This document shows, piece after piece, positions 1-12,100 of a stretch of DNA of 45,112 nucleotides (position 1 is its first letter; each line of letters begins with the position of its first letter). The stretch is from Macrostomum lignano (lineage: Eukaryota): assembly GCA_002269645.1 (NCBI GenBank), contig NIVC01000937.1, positions 1-45,112 of the forward strand, given 5' to 3'. The position numbers were made by a program, and so were the translations under genes. Under the pieces are notes generated by a model. That model was not told the DNA's origin, did no database searches, and saw nothing but the letters and a program-made list of their open reading frames with translations.

Positions 1-64
1 AGAATTCTGATTGAAATCTGTTTGCCAATAAGCTCTGGTTTGCAGCCGCTAGAGATATGATCAC

Positions 65-1031
<967 letters not shown>

Positions 1032-2248
1032 TCAATATGCTAGAACGCCGCCATCACAACTGCTCAAGAAGCCACTAAAATGTGTCAGGAAACCGCCGCC
1101 ACCCAGCAGCAGGAGTCTCACAGCGCAGATTGAATCTTCTTCAATCTTTGCTCAGGCAGACGCTCAGGCCAGAGGGCTCTGCAAAGCTACGCCGGAGATG
1201 GCAGGGGGCTTATCTCTGACAGAAATCGGAGCTTCCGCGTTGTCCAAAGGGAGCGGCTCGTCTTTCCTAGCCCCGCCTGCCCTGAAAGATCGGTGGCCGG
1301 TCCTTGAGCTGTCTCACTGTTTCAATCGCATGTCAAACAAGATAGTCTACATCATTCTTCCTGGTTATAATTTTACGTAATAAAGTTTTTCCTCGTTATC
1401 CTACTGGTTATCAGTAGTATTTTGCGAGTTGTCTTTTAAATTTGAATCCATGTCGCCTAGAATTTCGATGCGTCAAAAGGTTTCTAACACGTTTTTCTTG
1501 GAGCGACCTGTCCGCGTACGCTTGTACATGTCTGATGATGAGATGTCTGCATTGTACACCCTGTATGAGTGCGTGCCTTCGTACAGTATTGGCGTGCTTG
1601 AATGTGCTCAGGACTGCTTGCTTCCTGAAAACACGTAGGTAGGCCCTTCTATCCACTACATACTCGCAGATACTTCCACACGCGCGAATTTCCCTGTTAA
1701 ATTATGTTATACTCGTATCAACGAAAAGAATGTTTAGCTACTGAAAGTAGTTAATAAGCGTAATTGTTTGCATTTCTCTAGCAATGGACGCTCTAAAAAT
1801 TTGCAATTTTTTTATTAATCTAAAATTGTTTTGCATTTTGTACTTATTCGTATATTTACTGGAGAACGAAGCTTAGGCAGACAGTAATATAAGGCTGCTC
1901 TCGAGAGCGGAGGACGGGTGCTTGGGGTTGGTAAGAAATAATTGCTGCATTAGCAAGCAAAAAATGAATTAAAAGCAGAACTGACAACCCTTCTCAACAC
2001 GTCTGGAATTCCTCTATACTACTCTGTCATTATGCAGCTCAACAGGCAATTGCTGTCGCGAGTGAGCAGGCTCGTGGGCGTGGCACACCTAGCTGCAAGT
2101 GTCTCTCTCTGCTCATGGATGAATCAAAGTGAACTCAAAAAAACAGGAACTTGAAGCGATTTGAGTAGCCGACATCAGCATGTAGAATGAATGTTTCTGT
2201 TAATTTAAAATTGCACTAACAAAACTACACTAACATAATGAATGCAGT

Positions 2249-5125
2249 TCACTCCATTGGGGTTCTCCAGAGCAGGTACACGGCCTCCTGGTACTTGAAT
2301 ATGAAACAGAAGCCGGGCTCGTGCGATACGAGGTTCCAGTACTGACCGCGGACGATCACCACGTGGAACAGTCTGCCAAACTGGTCGTCCAGCAGCTGCT
2401 TCACCATTCTGGGCAGCTGCTTCGGCTGCGGCGATTCTTCCAGACTCTCCTTGACGATGAAGAACGCTTCTGCCTGCCTGTCGGGCGGCATGTCGTTGTA
2501 AATCACCTGCACACTGCTGGGCAGGCTGCGCTTCTGGACCGCGAATACGCTCTTGGAGCGGTAAGCCCGCCTGCAGGGCAGTTTAGGGATTGCTAATCTA
2601 GCCAACACCGATGCTGGATTAGAGTGGATTGCTAATCTAGCCAACACCGATGCTGGATAAGAGTGGATTGCTAATCTAGCCAACACCGATGCTGGATAAG
2701 AGTGGATTGCTAATCTAGCCAACACCGATGCTGGATAAGAGTGGATTGCTAATCTAGCCAACACCGATGCTGGATAAGAGTGGATTGCTAATCTAGCCAA
2801 CACCGATGCTGGATAAGAGTGGATTGCTAATCTAGCCAACACCGATGCTGGATAAGAGTGGATTGCTAATCTAGCCAACACCGATGCTGGATAAGAGTGG
2901 ATTGCTAATCTAGCCAACACCGATGCTGGATAAGAGTGGATTGCTAATCTAGCCAACACCGATGCTGGATAAGAGTGGATTGCTAATCTAGCCAACACCG
3001 ATACTGGATTAGAGTGGATTGCTAATCTAGCCAACGCCGATACTGGATAAGAGTGGATTGCTAATCTAGCCAACACCGATACTGGATAAGAGTGGATTGC
3101 TAATCTAGCCAACACCGATGCTGGATAAGAGTGGGTTGCTAATCTAGCCTACATGGACATGAGGAAATAGAATGGATTGCTAATCTAGCCAACATGAATA
3201 TGGGTGAATAGAATGGATTGCTAATCTAGCCAACATGGATATGGGTGAATAGAATGGATTGCTAATCTAGCCTACATGGATATGGGTGAATAGAATGGAT
3301 TGCTAATCTAGCCTACATGGATATGGGTGAATAGAATGGATTGCTAATCTAGCCTACATGGATATGGGTGAATAGAATGGATTGCTAATCTAGCCTACAT
3401 GGATATAGGGGGAATAGAATGGATTGCTAATCTAGCCTACATGGATATAGGGGGAATAGAATGGATTGCTAATCTAGCCTACATGGATATGAGGGAATAG
3501 AATGGATTGCTAATCTAGCCTACATGGATATGAGGGAATAGAATGGATTGCTAATCTAGCCTACATGGATATGGGTGAATAGAATGGATTGCTAATCTAG
3601 CCTACATGGATATGGGTGAATAGAATGGATTGCTAATCTAGCCTACATGAATATGGGTGAATATAGAATGGGCTGCTAATCTAGCCTACATGGATATGAG
3701 TGAATAGAATGGATTGCTAATCTAGCCTACAGGGACATGAGGGAATAGAGTGGATTGCTAATCTAGCCTACAGGGACATGAGGGAATAGAGTGGATTGCT
3801 AATCTAGCCTACATGGATATGAGGGAATAGAATGGATTGCTAATCTAATTCATGCATTATGATGCAGCTCTGCCAGACCACGGCTTTAGAGTAATAAATC
3901 ATCTCGCGCTATTTCCATAGCCGTTATTGAAATTCAATTTCTTTCTCTAACTAGTCGAATCACCGAACCGCTTCAAGACTAAAGGCTCCGAGGAAAGGAG
4001 ATGGCGAAGAAATTGATAAAAAATTCCTGCACCAGCGAAGGCAATTTATAATTCAGTGAGGAAATTGGGAGAGTCGCCAGGACTCACGCTTTCTTAGTTA
4101 TCAGCCCGAGCACATCGCAGTAGTTCTCCAGAGTGATTCGGCCCAAGTGTTGCTGGTCGAAGATGGCCAGCCACTTCTGAAAATGGCGGTTTAAATAGGA
4201 CTGAGCTTGAGAAGTTTAACAGGAACTGAGGACTTGCATTCACAGATTGAGTCAGATGGTTCCTGTGTTTTATGATCCATGACCCCTGGCTTATCTGACT
4301 CTGCCTGTGTTTTATGACCCATGACTCACTGGCTTATCTGACTCTGCCTGTGTTTTATGACCCATGACCCCCTGGCTTATCTGACTCTGTCTGTGTTTTA
4401 TGACCCATGACCCCTGGCTTATCTGACTCTGCCTGTGTTTTATGACCCATGACCCCCTGGCTTAACTGACTCTGCCTGTGTTCTATGACCCATGACCCCC
4501 TGGCTTATCTGACTCTGCCTGTGTTTTATGACCCATGACCCCCTGGCTTATCTGACTCTGTCTGTGTTTTATGACCCATGACCCCTGGCTTATCTGACTC
4601 TGCCTGTGTTTTATGACCCATGACCCCCTGGCTTATCTGACTCTGTCTGTGTTTTATGACCCATGACCCCCTGGCTTATCTGACTCTGCCTGTGTTTTAT
4701 GACCCATGACCCCCTGGCTTATCTGACTCTGCCTGTGTTTTATGACCCACTGGCTTATCTGACTCTGCCTGTGTTTTATGACCCACTGGCTTATCTGACT
4801 CTGCCTGTGTTTTATGACCCACTGGCTTATCCGACTCTGCCTGTGTTTTATGACCCACTGGCTTATCTGACTCTGCCTGTGTTTTATGACCCACAGGCTG
4901 ACTCTCCGAATATCTATGTAAATATGAGCAGTTCCAATCAACCAGAATGTTTATTCAGAGTCTCCTAATCGTGCAGTGAAAAATTCGCACCTGTACAAAA
5001 GTATCTTCGAAGTTGTTCTTCTCCATGTAGGCTCTGAGCTCGTCCACGGTGATCTCCTCGCTGTTGTCCGTGTCGATGGCGAAGAATGCGTCCAGGAAGC
5101 TGTGCTGATGCTCAGACGAAGACAT
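2249..5125 (-). CDS. TAL-family (tegumental allergen-like) calcium-binding protein: two N-terminal EF-hands + C-terminal dynein light chain-like domain, 181 aa, 3 exons
   Basis: Exons 5125-4991, 4176-4088 and 2570-2249, all GT-AG and in frame (546 nt). Spliced protein MSSSEHQHSFLDAFFAIDTDNSEEITVDELRAYMEKNNFEDTFVQ/KWLAIFDQQHLGRITLENYCDVLGLITKKA/RAYRSK...DMPPDRQ...KQLLDDQFGRLFHVVIVRGQYWNLVSHEPGFCFIFKYQEAVYLLWRTPME. DTDNSEEITVDE is a canonical EF loop. The architecture matches Schistosoma Sm20.8/Sm22.6-type TALs. Confidence 0.92.
2587..3847. repeat. Intronic minisatellite: 39-bp unit grading into a 41-bp variant
   Basis: Unit GCTAATCTAGCCAACACCGATGCTGGATAAGAGTGGATT to about 3145, then GCTAATCTAGCCTACATGGATATGGGTGAATAGAATGGATT. 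Lies in TAL intron 2. Confidence 0.97.
4255..4905. repeat. Intronic minisatellite: 42/43-bp unit, then a 36-bp deletion variant
   Basis: Unit GACCCCTGGCTTATCTGACTCTGCCTGTGTTTTATGACCCAT. From about 4740 the unit shortens to 36 bp. Lies in TAL intron 1. Confidence 0.97.
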
Positions 5126-6008
5126 GATGCCTCAAACCAAGTTAGCACCCAGATGAGAGGGATAGCGAAAGTTTAGGAGTGAAGCCTGACAGACTACTCA
5201 TTCACTCTCTAGAGCTCTCTTAAAAGGTGCTTGCTAGCTTGTCAGAGCTGTCCATCTCGGACGGATTCGGTAATTACACACAGAAACTGATGAGGTAGAG
5301 CTCACTCGCCCGCTGGGTGAGAATGGCAGAACTCAGAGGCATTTCGAGTGCAAATTTTTGGCTGTGGCACTCGAAAACGCCTGGCTGGTTGGGACCCTCT
5401 GGCGCCCCGCTGACTGCAGGAATTCCAGCTGCAGCGTCCCAGCGGGGTTCCGGTTGAGTCAGTTCAGTCTGGGACCTCAGCTGGCTCAGCCTCCCAGCAG
5501 TGGAGTGCAGAGACAGACTTTGAGATGAGAAGAGAAAAAGCACAGAAAAAAGAAGATGATGTCAGCAGATGAAGAGAGGCCAGCTGAGCTGACTTTGCCG
5601 CGCGCCGCAATCCCCCCACCCGTCCCTTCAGATCAGATTAATTGCCGCCGGAGCCGCTAATTTAGGACGGCCGCCCGCCGCCGCCGCCTCCGCTAGCCAA
5701 AGGCCAGCCCAGAAAGCCGCAGAGCAGGACGAGAAAGAAGAAAGTGGAGAGTTGAAGAAAATAAGAGAGCGGCAAGGAGGGGAGAGGGAAAGAGCCAACT
5801 GCTGATTGGGATGGCAGAAGCCTCTCTCCCTTCCCATTGCTTTCCTTCCTGATCCTCCCTCAATATCCCTTTCTCTTCTTTTTCTCAATTTTCTTTCAGG
5901 CAAAAACATGCCAGCCCCAATTTCTGGGATTCCGTTCCCTGGCCGATTAAATTCCAAGAAAAGCCGGCGGATTTCGAGGCCAACTGAGGTCGCCCCAGCT
6001 GCTCAAAA

Positions 6009-7427
6009 ATGAAGCGCAGCGTCAGTTTGAGCATCAAGTCGGCGCTGTCGCACCTAGACGAGAGTCCGGACCTGCGAGAGCTGCTCCGGGCTGGCCAGCC
6101 TCGCCGGGTGGTTAATCTGGGCCTCGGCGAGTCGCCGTTCCCACCGCCGCCGGCAGCCGCCGAGCTGCTTCGCCGAAACGCCGATGCCTGTCGCTATTCG
6201 CCCAGCGACGGCTGCCTGGAGCTGCGCGCCGCCTTTGCCGACTTTCACGGCTGGCCGGGCGGTGCCGACAGCGTCGTGATCGGGCCCGGCTGCCGCGGCC
6301 TGCTCTTCGCCCTGCTGCTCGCCTTCGAGGGTCGAATTTTCATCGCCGCGCCGGCCTGGAGCGCCTGCGGTCCCCAGTGCGAGCTGCTGCGCCGGCTCCA
6401 CTCCGCCGTGTTCGTCGTGCCGACCGACTTCGACGACGCCTGGAAGATCAAGCCGTCGGCGCTGCGGCGCGCGGTGCTGTCGGCGGAGTCCGGCTGCCGG
6501 GGCTCCGAGACGGCCAGCAACAAGCTGCTGGTTCTGGCCAGCCCTGGCAACCCCAGCGGCCAGTGCTACTCGGCCGAAGAGTTCGCTAGGCTGGCCGAGA
6601 CCCTGGCAGAACTCGGCTTCACCGCGGCGGTGTCCGACGAGACCTACGCGCTGCTGCGCTACGACGGCCGGCCGCACCGATCGCTGTCCGAGTTCTACCC
6701 AGACGGAGCGGTCATTCTGACCAGCCTGTCCAAGTGGGCCGGCCTGGCCGGCTGGAGGATCGGCTGTGCACTGTTCCCCCGCCGACTGGTCGGCCTGCAA
6801 GAGTCCGTGGCCGGTGCGCTCTCCCAGATGGCGCCGTGTGCGCCGACGCCGCAGCAGCTGGCCGCCGCGGAGCTGCTTCGCGCCGCCTGCCCGGACCCCG
6901 GCGCCGCCACCGCCGCCGCCTGCCGCGTTCTGCGCCGTCTCGGCCGTTTTTGCTCCGAGCGACTGTCCGGCTGCGGCCGCGTCCGAGTCCTGGCGCCGCA
7001 GGCCGGGTTCTTCCTGCTCATCGACTTGACCGACCTCGCCGACGACTTGCGCTGCCTTGGCGCCGACACGGCTGGCCAGGTGTGCACCCGCCTTTTGCGG
7101 GACCTCGGCCTGCTGCTGCTCCCAGGCGACGCCTTCATGCTGCCACCGGAAGCGCTCGTGCTTCGCCTCTGCTTCCTCGACTTCGACGGCGGCGCCGCTG
7201 TCGAAGCGGCCAACCAAGGCGGCGATAAAGAAGTCGACGACAACGACGAGCGGTTCGTCCTGAGCCACTGCCAGCCGACGGCCGACGCCGTCCTCCGCCT
7301 GTGCGACTGGCTGCGCCGGCTGCCGGAACGCGCCGCAGCGGAGCGCGACTGGCAGGCGGAGCTGCGCCGGGTGGGACGCGAACTCGCGACCTCAGCTCTG
7401 CTGGGCGCCTTGGAACTTTGCTGCTGA
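6009..7427 (+). CDS. PLP-dependent class I/II aminotransferase (aspartate aminotransferase-like), intronless, 472 aa
   Basis: Motifs NLGLGESPF, Y-SPSDG-LELR, GNPSG (NPTG equivalent), SDETY (DExY), SLSKWAGLAGWRIG (PLP lysine), PQAGFF and the C-terminal substrate Arg in LRLCF. Confidence 0.9.
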   Translation: MKRSVSLSIKSALSHLDESPDLRELLRAGQPRRVVNLGLGESPFPPPPAAAELLRRNADACRYSPSDGCLELRAAFADFHGWPGGADSVVIGPGCRGLLFALLLAFEGRIFIAAPAWSACGPQCELLRRLHSAVFVVPTDFDDAWKIKPSALRRAVLSAESGCRGSETASNKLLVLASPGNPSGQCYSAEEFARLAETLAELGFTAAVSDETYALLRYDGRPHRSLSEFYPDGAVILTSLSKWAGLAGWRIGCALFPRRLVGLQESVAGALSQMAPCAPTPQQLAAAELLRAACPDPGAATAAACRVLRRLGRFCSERLSGCGRVRVLAPQAGFFLLIDLTDLADDLRCLGADTAGQVCTRLLRDLGLLLLPGDAFMLPPEALVLRLCFLDFDGGAAVEAANQGGDKEVDDNDERFVLSHCQPTADAVLRLCDWLRRLPERAAAERDWQAELRRVGRELATSALLGALELCC

Positions 7428-7784
7428 TTAACATTGCCTGAATGGCATGAATGCATGCATATAGACCTGAGGGTACTACTGAAAAGTAGTAGAAATTCAA
7501 TTTAGTTTGTCGAGAAGTTCCGCGCTGACAGGAGCTGAGCCCTGGTAGAAAGGGTCTGTTGACTGAGTTCAGCGGACCAAAACTGCTGGAAGTTGGCTTC
7601 CAGACTTTTACCTCTTTAGTTGGCTAATTTTCCCTGGCGCAAATAAAATAACGCCCTTGTTAACCTCGAGCTATACTATCTGTCGGTCATTTGTATACTG
7701 CAAAATATTCTGCTAGCTAAGCTGTCTTCTGCTTGCCTGTAACTCAAGGCCCAGATAAAGAATCCAGCATATGGCTGCGGGCTA

Positions 7785-8225
7785 GATGAGAGAGGAGACA
7801 AGAGGCAAGAGATAGGGTGAGAGAAGAAATAAGAGAGAAGATATGAGGAGAGAAGAGGAGAGAGAGGACAGAGAGGGGAGAGAGAAGAGGGGAGAGGAGA
7901 GAGGAAAGAGGAAAGAGGGGAGAGAGGAGAGAGGAGAGAGATGAGAGAGGGGAGAGAGGAGAGGAGAGAGGAGAGAGAGGAGAGAGAGGAGAGAGAGGAG
8001 AGAGAGGAGAGAGAGGAGAGTGGGGAGAGAAGGGAGAGAGGAGAGAGGGGAGAGATGAGAGAGGGGAGATAGGAGAGGAGAGAGGGGGAGCGGAGAGAGG
8101 GGAGAGAGGAGAGAGGGGGAGATGAGAGAGGGGAGAGAGGAGAGGAGAGAGGGTAGAGCGGAGAGAGGGGAGAGAGGAGAGAGGGGAAAGGGTGAGAGGA
8201 GAGAGGGGAGAGAGGAGAGGAGAGA
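7785..8225. repeat. Polypurine (GAG/GAGAG) low-complexity tract
   Basis: Almost pure A/G sequence. The LSPLSS ORFs are artefacts. Confidence 0.95.
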
Positions 8226-9135
8226 GCTGAGCAGAGACACAAACCCTGAGCGGGCCAGATTGCTATTATAAAGTGCTGCGGGCTGGCTTTTGCCCGAGCA
8301 GATTTAAGTTTATTTTTAACTGAAGTATGATCATAGACTATTTCATTTGCCTGTATTGAGCACAAGAGCCTAACTAAAGGCAAACCGCTTGGAAATAAGT
8401 ATAAAAATATATATATAAAGTTAAACGTGCCAAGCAGACATCGGCAAAAGAAGGCCGAAGGTACTACGGCGAATATTCAGGGCATTAAGCCCAGTGCTTC
8501 AGTACAAACTTGTACAAAAGTTTCAAAGGACCCGAGGGTCGGAATTCTCTGAAGAGCTGAAGAGCCACTCCCCATTCTATTTCGAACGCCTCCCGCATTG
8601 ATAGTCTTCACATAGTTTCAAGCGCCTACCTGCGTAAGAGTTTTGCTATCAGCTGTCGGTAACCCACCCCCCCCCCAGCTCTGCATTTCCACTTTCCTTA
8701 TCGGTCCCTGGCTGGGTCAGCGGGCCTGGCCGTGACCAGCAAACTGGGCAAATGGGCCTCAGCCAGTGTACAAAATGGCTTGCTTTATGTAGAGTATTGT
8801 GTGGAATAACAAATTGTAAACTGAACAGACGAATAGAGATTGCAATCGAATTAAAACCACCTGACTGTGAAAACTGAAGCTGAAACCTTATTTAGGACAT
8901 TGGTTCGGAAATTATAAACACCCCCTCGCCTCCTCCTTCTCTCCTGCATTTCCTGTTCGCAAACCTTATCTGTTGCACACCTTTCACAGAGAGTGGCTGG
9001 CTTATATAACAGGGCCACCAGAGACAACACAGGCTCTGATAAATATTTGGCTCAGTTGCAGCAGCAATCAATTCAACAAGGCAAAAACCAAAACACTGAT
9101 TTCTCGATTCGAAATTGTCAACACTTATCACAAAC

Positions 9136-12100
9136 ATGGCTCCAGGTCGGAACCTGGCCTCATTGGCATCTTGCCTGCTTCTGCTGGCGCTGCTGGCAGC
9201 TCCGGGTGGAACTCAAGCTCAAGCTGAACCGGCCGCTGAACCAGCATCCAAAGCGTGAGGGATTTTGCAACTTGTGGAGTTTACAGTTTAGTCTGCGGGT
9301 TTTTAGAGCCCAAATTGTTCTATCAGTTAGCGGCGACATCATCTTACACAACTACTCATGATGCTGGCTCCTGAGCACACACAAGTGCTCCAATACTGTG
9401 CGCAAGCACGCACTCGCTCACACAGGGTGTAAAGCGGCCCTGACTTCTCATCAGCCATGTACACTCTGTTCCTTGTTCCTCTGCTTATAAGATGGATGGA
9501 CGATGAGGAAATGGCCTTTGTCAGAAGCTGAAGAGGTGAAGTAGCCTAGACAGACCTTAAACTATCGGAGATCTTCATGAGACAGTCTCTAAGCGGTATT
9601 TTATCCATGTTAGTTACAGTTGTAGACAGGGGGCTGTCTGCACCCTGGCGCACTTTAAGCGACATTGTCACACAATCGGCGAGAGGCATTACTTCCAATT
9701 CCGGATGCGTATGCAGTCATACGCACAGGCACTCACACAGGAGCGTACAGCGGGCCTAACTTTATTTATCGTTAAGCATGTACACTTCACTGTGCCTTGG
9801 GGGTTGACCTTCAAGAACGTTAGTAGCACGAGCAGAGCCAAGCCGATATTCCAGTTTAGACCCAAGTTAATGTGACTGCAGTGGGAATCGAGCCTGGACC
9901 GCTGGCACAGAACGCTGTGCTAGACCACTGGGCTACGGTCCCCTTTCTATCCATTCGCACAACCGACCCATGTACAGGCGCTACACCATCGTCTGCTCCC
10001 GGATCCTGCAACCTGGTCGCGATTTTCGTGTCGGCGTAGCCCTGCTGACCAGAGCACCCGGCCGCGGAATCCAGAGAGTGTCAGTCCGCGTCGGCACCGT
10101 CTCCAAGGGAAACGATTTCGATGAGTTGTCCGCCCGGTCAGACTGGGAGAGTGACAGCACCGATAGAGCCGTCACCTCTAAGGACTTGACGATTTCAGTT
10201 CCCGGCGTAAGTTTCTGGAGTGTCTAATTATTGTACCAAACTTCTAGGAGATTCTTTTTCTTCCTACCTCCTGACTCCAAAACCAACTATAATTATCAGA
10301 GGCCGAATAAATTTGACCTGTCCGGCAACTACAAACTGTCGGTGACCATTGAAGACACGCAGGGTAACGTCTACAGCAACAGCACAGAAATATCCTTGTC
10401 GGAATCGCCGACCGTGAGCCTCATCCAGACTGACAAAGCCATCTACAAGCCCGGCCAGCTGGTCAAGTTTCGTATCGTATATCTGGACGAGACGCTAAAG
10501 CCGGTGTCAGTTTCCATGGAGGTCCTAATCAAAGTGAGTAGTTAAATACTTTTATCCAACTACTGAAAGTCACTATAGGAAAATTAGTAAATTAATTAAC
10601 GTTTCCGACAAAAAGGATGCAAAAGGCAACCTGGTGGACAAGCAGCTGCACAACCCGGATGATCTGGCGTCCCAGGAGAAGCAGCTGGTCATGACTGGGC
10701 AGTTTCGCCTCTCTGACATGCCCAACGAGGGTGACTGGTCCATCACCGCCAAGAGCGAGCTGTTCACTGAGACAAAGACCTTCACTGTTCGGCAGTACGT
10801 GCTGCCAAAGTTCACACTGGAGCTATCAGTGCCAAGTTTTGTCCACGTGAATGACAGCGAGTTCACAGTGCGGACCAAGGTCCAGTACACCTACGAAAAA
10901 GCTGTGGAGGGCGAGATCAGCGTCACCATGGGTCCGTATATGAATTGCCGCTCCTGCAAGAACAAATACGACATGCTGCAAACTTTTACCTCTGATTCTG
11001 CGCCGGATGGCGAGACAAGCTTCACGTTCAACCTCACCTCCTGGCGTGAGCACCTGCGATCCATTGGCTACACTGACCGGCCTTACAACTATATGGCCAA
11101 GGCCAGCGTCCAGTTTAAGGAAAAATTTACCGGTAAGTGCCAGCGGTGCTTTAATTTGAAAATTTACTCATTTTCCAGTTTGAAAACAACTAAAAAACCA
11201 ATTCAGGCGAGGTCAAACTGGTTGAGAAGACGTTTACCATCTACACCAAGAGCTACGAACTGAAGATAGATACGTCTCAGACTGCGTTCTTTCTGCCCGG
11301 CTTCTCAGTGCCAGTCCAGGTTAGTGTACGCAGTGATAGCATCGCTTGTAACTTTTCAGTGAGGTTGCCCAACCAAATCGAACCTCCGCCCTACCGCTCC
11401 GCAGATGACCTTGATGCGCCCCGACGACAAACCATTCACGGCTGCCGCCGCCTCCAACGCCAGCGCTACGATTGTTTACCACCGTCGCGGCAAGAAGCAG
11501 ACGATGCAGTTCTTCAACGGGCCGCTGAGCCCGTCGCCGACTGGTACTGGCGCCTCTCTGCTGGTGCGCATTCCAGTCGATGCCGACTTCTATCCCGTCA
11601 GGATTGAGGTGAGTCGTAGATAATAAACGATTCGGGAGTACAATAATCCTAAACACGTTACATTTTCTCCCAAATTCAGGTGAAAATTGACAGTGACGAT
11701 TCGTCTAAACTGCACGGCACGTCCACAATCTATCCCTACATCGGGGTCACAGACGACTACGTGAAGGTCTCAAAGAGAATCCTTCGAGACGACAGCGTTG
11801 AGGTACTATTTTTTTACGAACAGCTACACATCATTAGAATTCGGCGTCAAAAAGTCCTTATTGACCTAATTTTCCTCCTCAGGTTGACGTTGAGAAGACA
11901 TCTGGAATCAGCCTGGTTTATTACGCTGTAAGTTGCTTCACGAATAAAATCAGCCAAGGGGGTTGAGAAACCCCCACCCATGGCACAGTGTGTATCCGAC
12001 TCACAATGAGAAAGTCAGGACCGCTGTGCACCCTGTGTGAGCGTGTGCCTGCGTACGTATCCACTTGCCTACTCACTGGCTGCGGGTTGATTTGATGAGG

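Noticed and set aside
1034-1660. Possible exons (NAAITTAQEATKMCQ...*, RLYMSDDEMSALY...) on the + strand
   Set aside because: No recognisable domain and no consistent splice model; left unannotated.
2571-3115. VLARLAIHSYPAS repeats as an N-terminal domain of the DLC protein
   Set aside because: A proper acceptor at 2571 joins in frame to upstream EF-hand exons, so the repeat is intronic.
2587-4905. Regular 36-43 bp repeats as CRISPR arrays
   Set aside because: Units are contiguous with no unique spacers, there are no cas genes, and the context is eukaryotic introns.
6054-7500. Multiple long overlapping ORFs around the aminotransferase
   Set aside because: Shadow ORFs of a very GC-rich CDS. 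The same applies to those over TEP, tubulin, ZIP, ferritin, the transposase and BTBD7 exon 4.
9880-9936. tRNA genes here and at about 40475-40536
   Set aside because: A and B boxes are present but there is no complete cloverleaf, and SINE body sequence follows.
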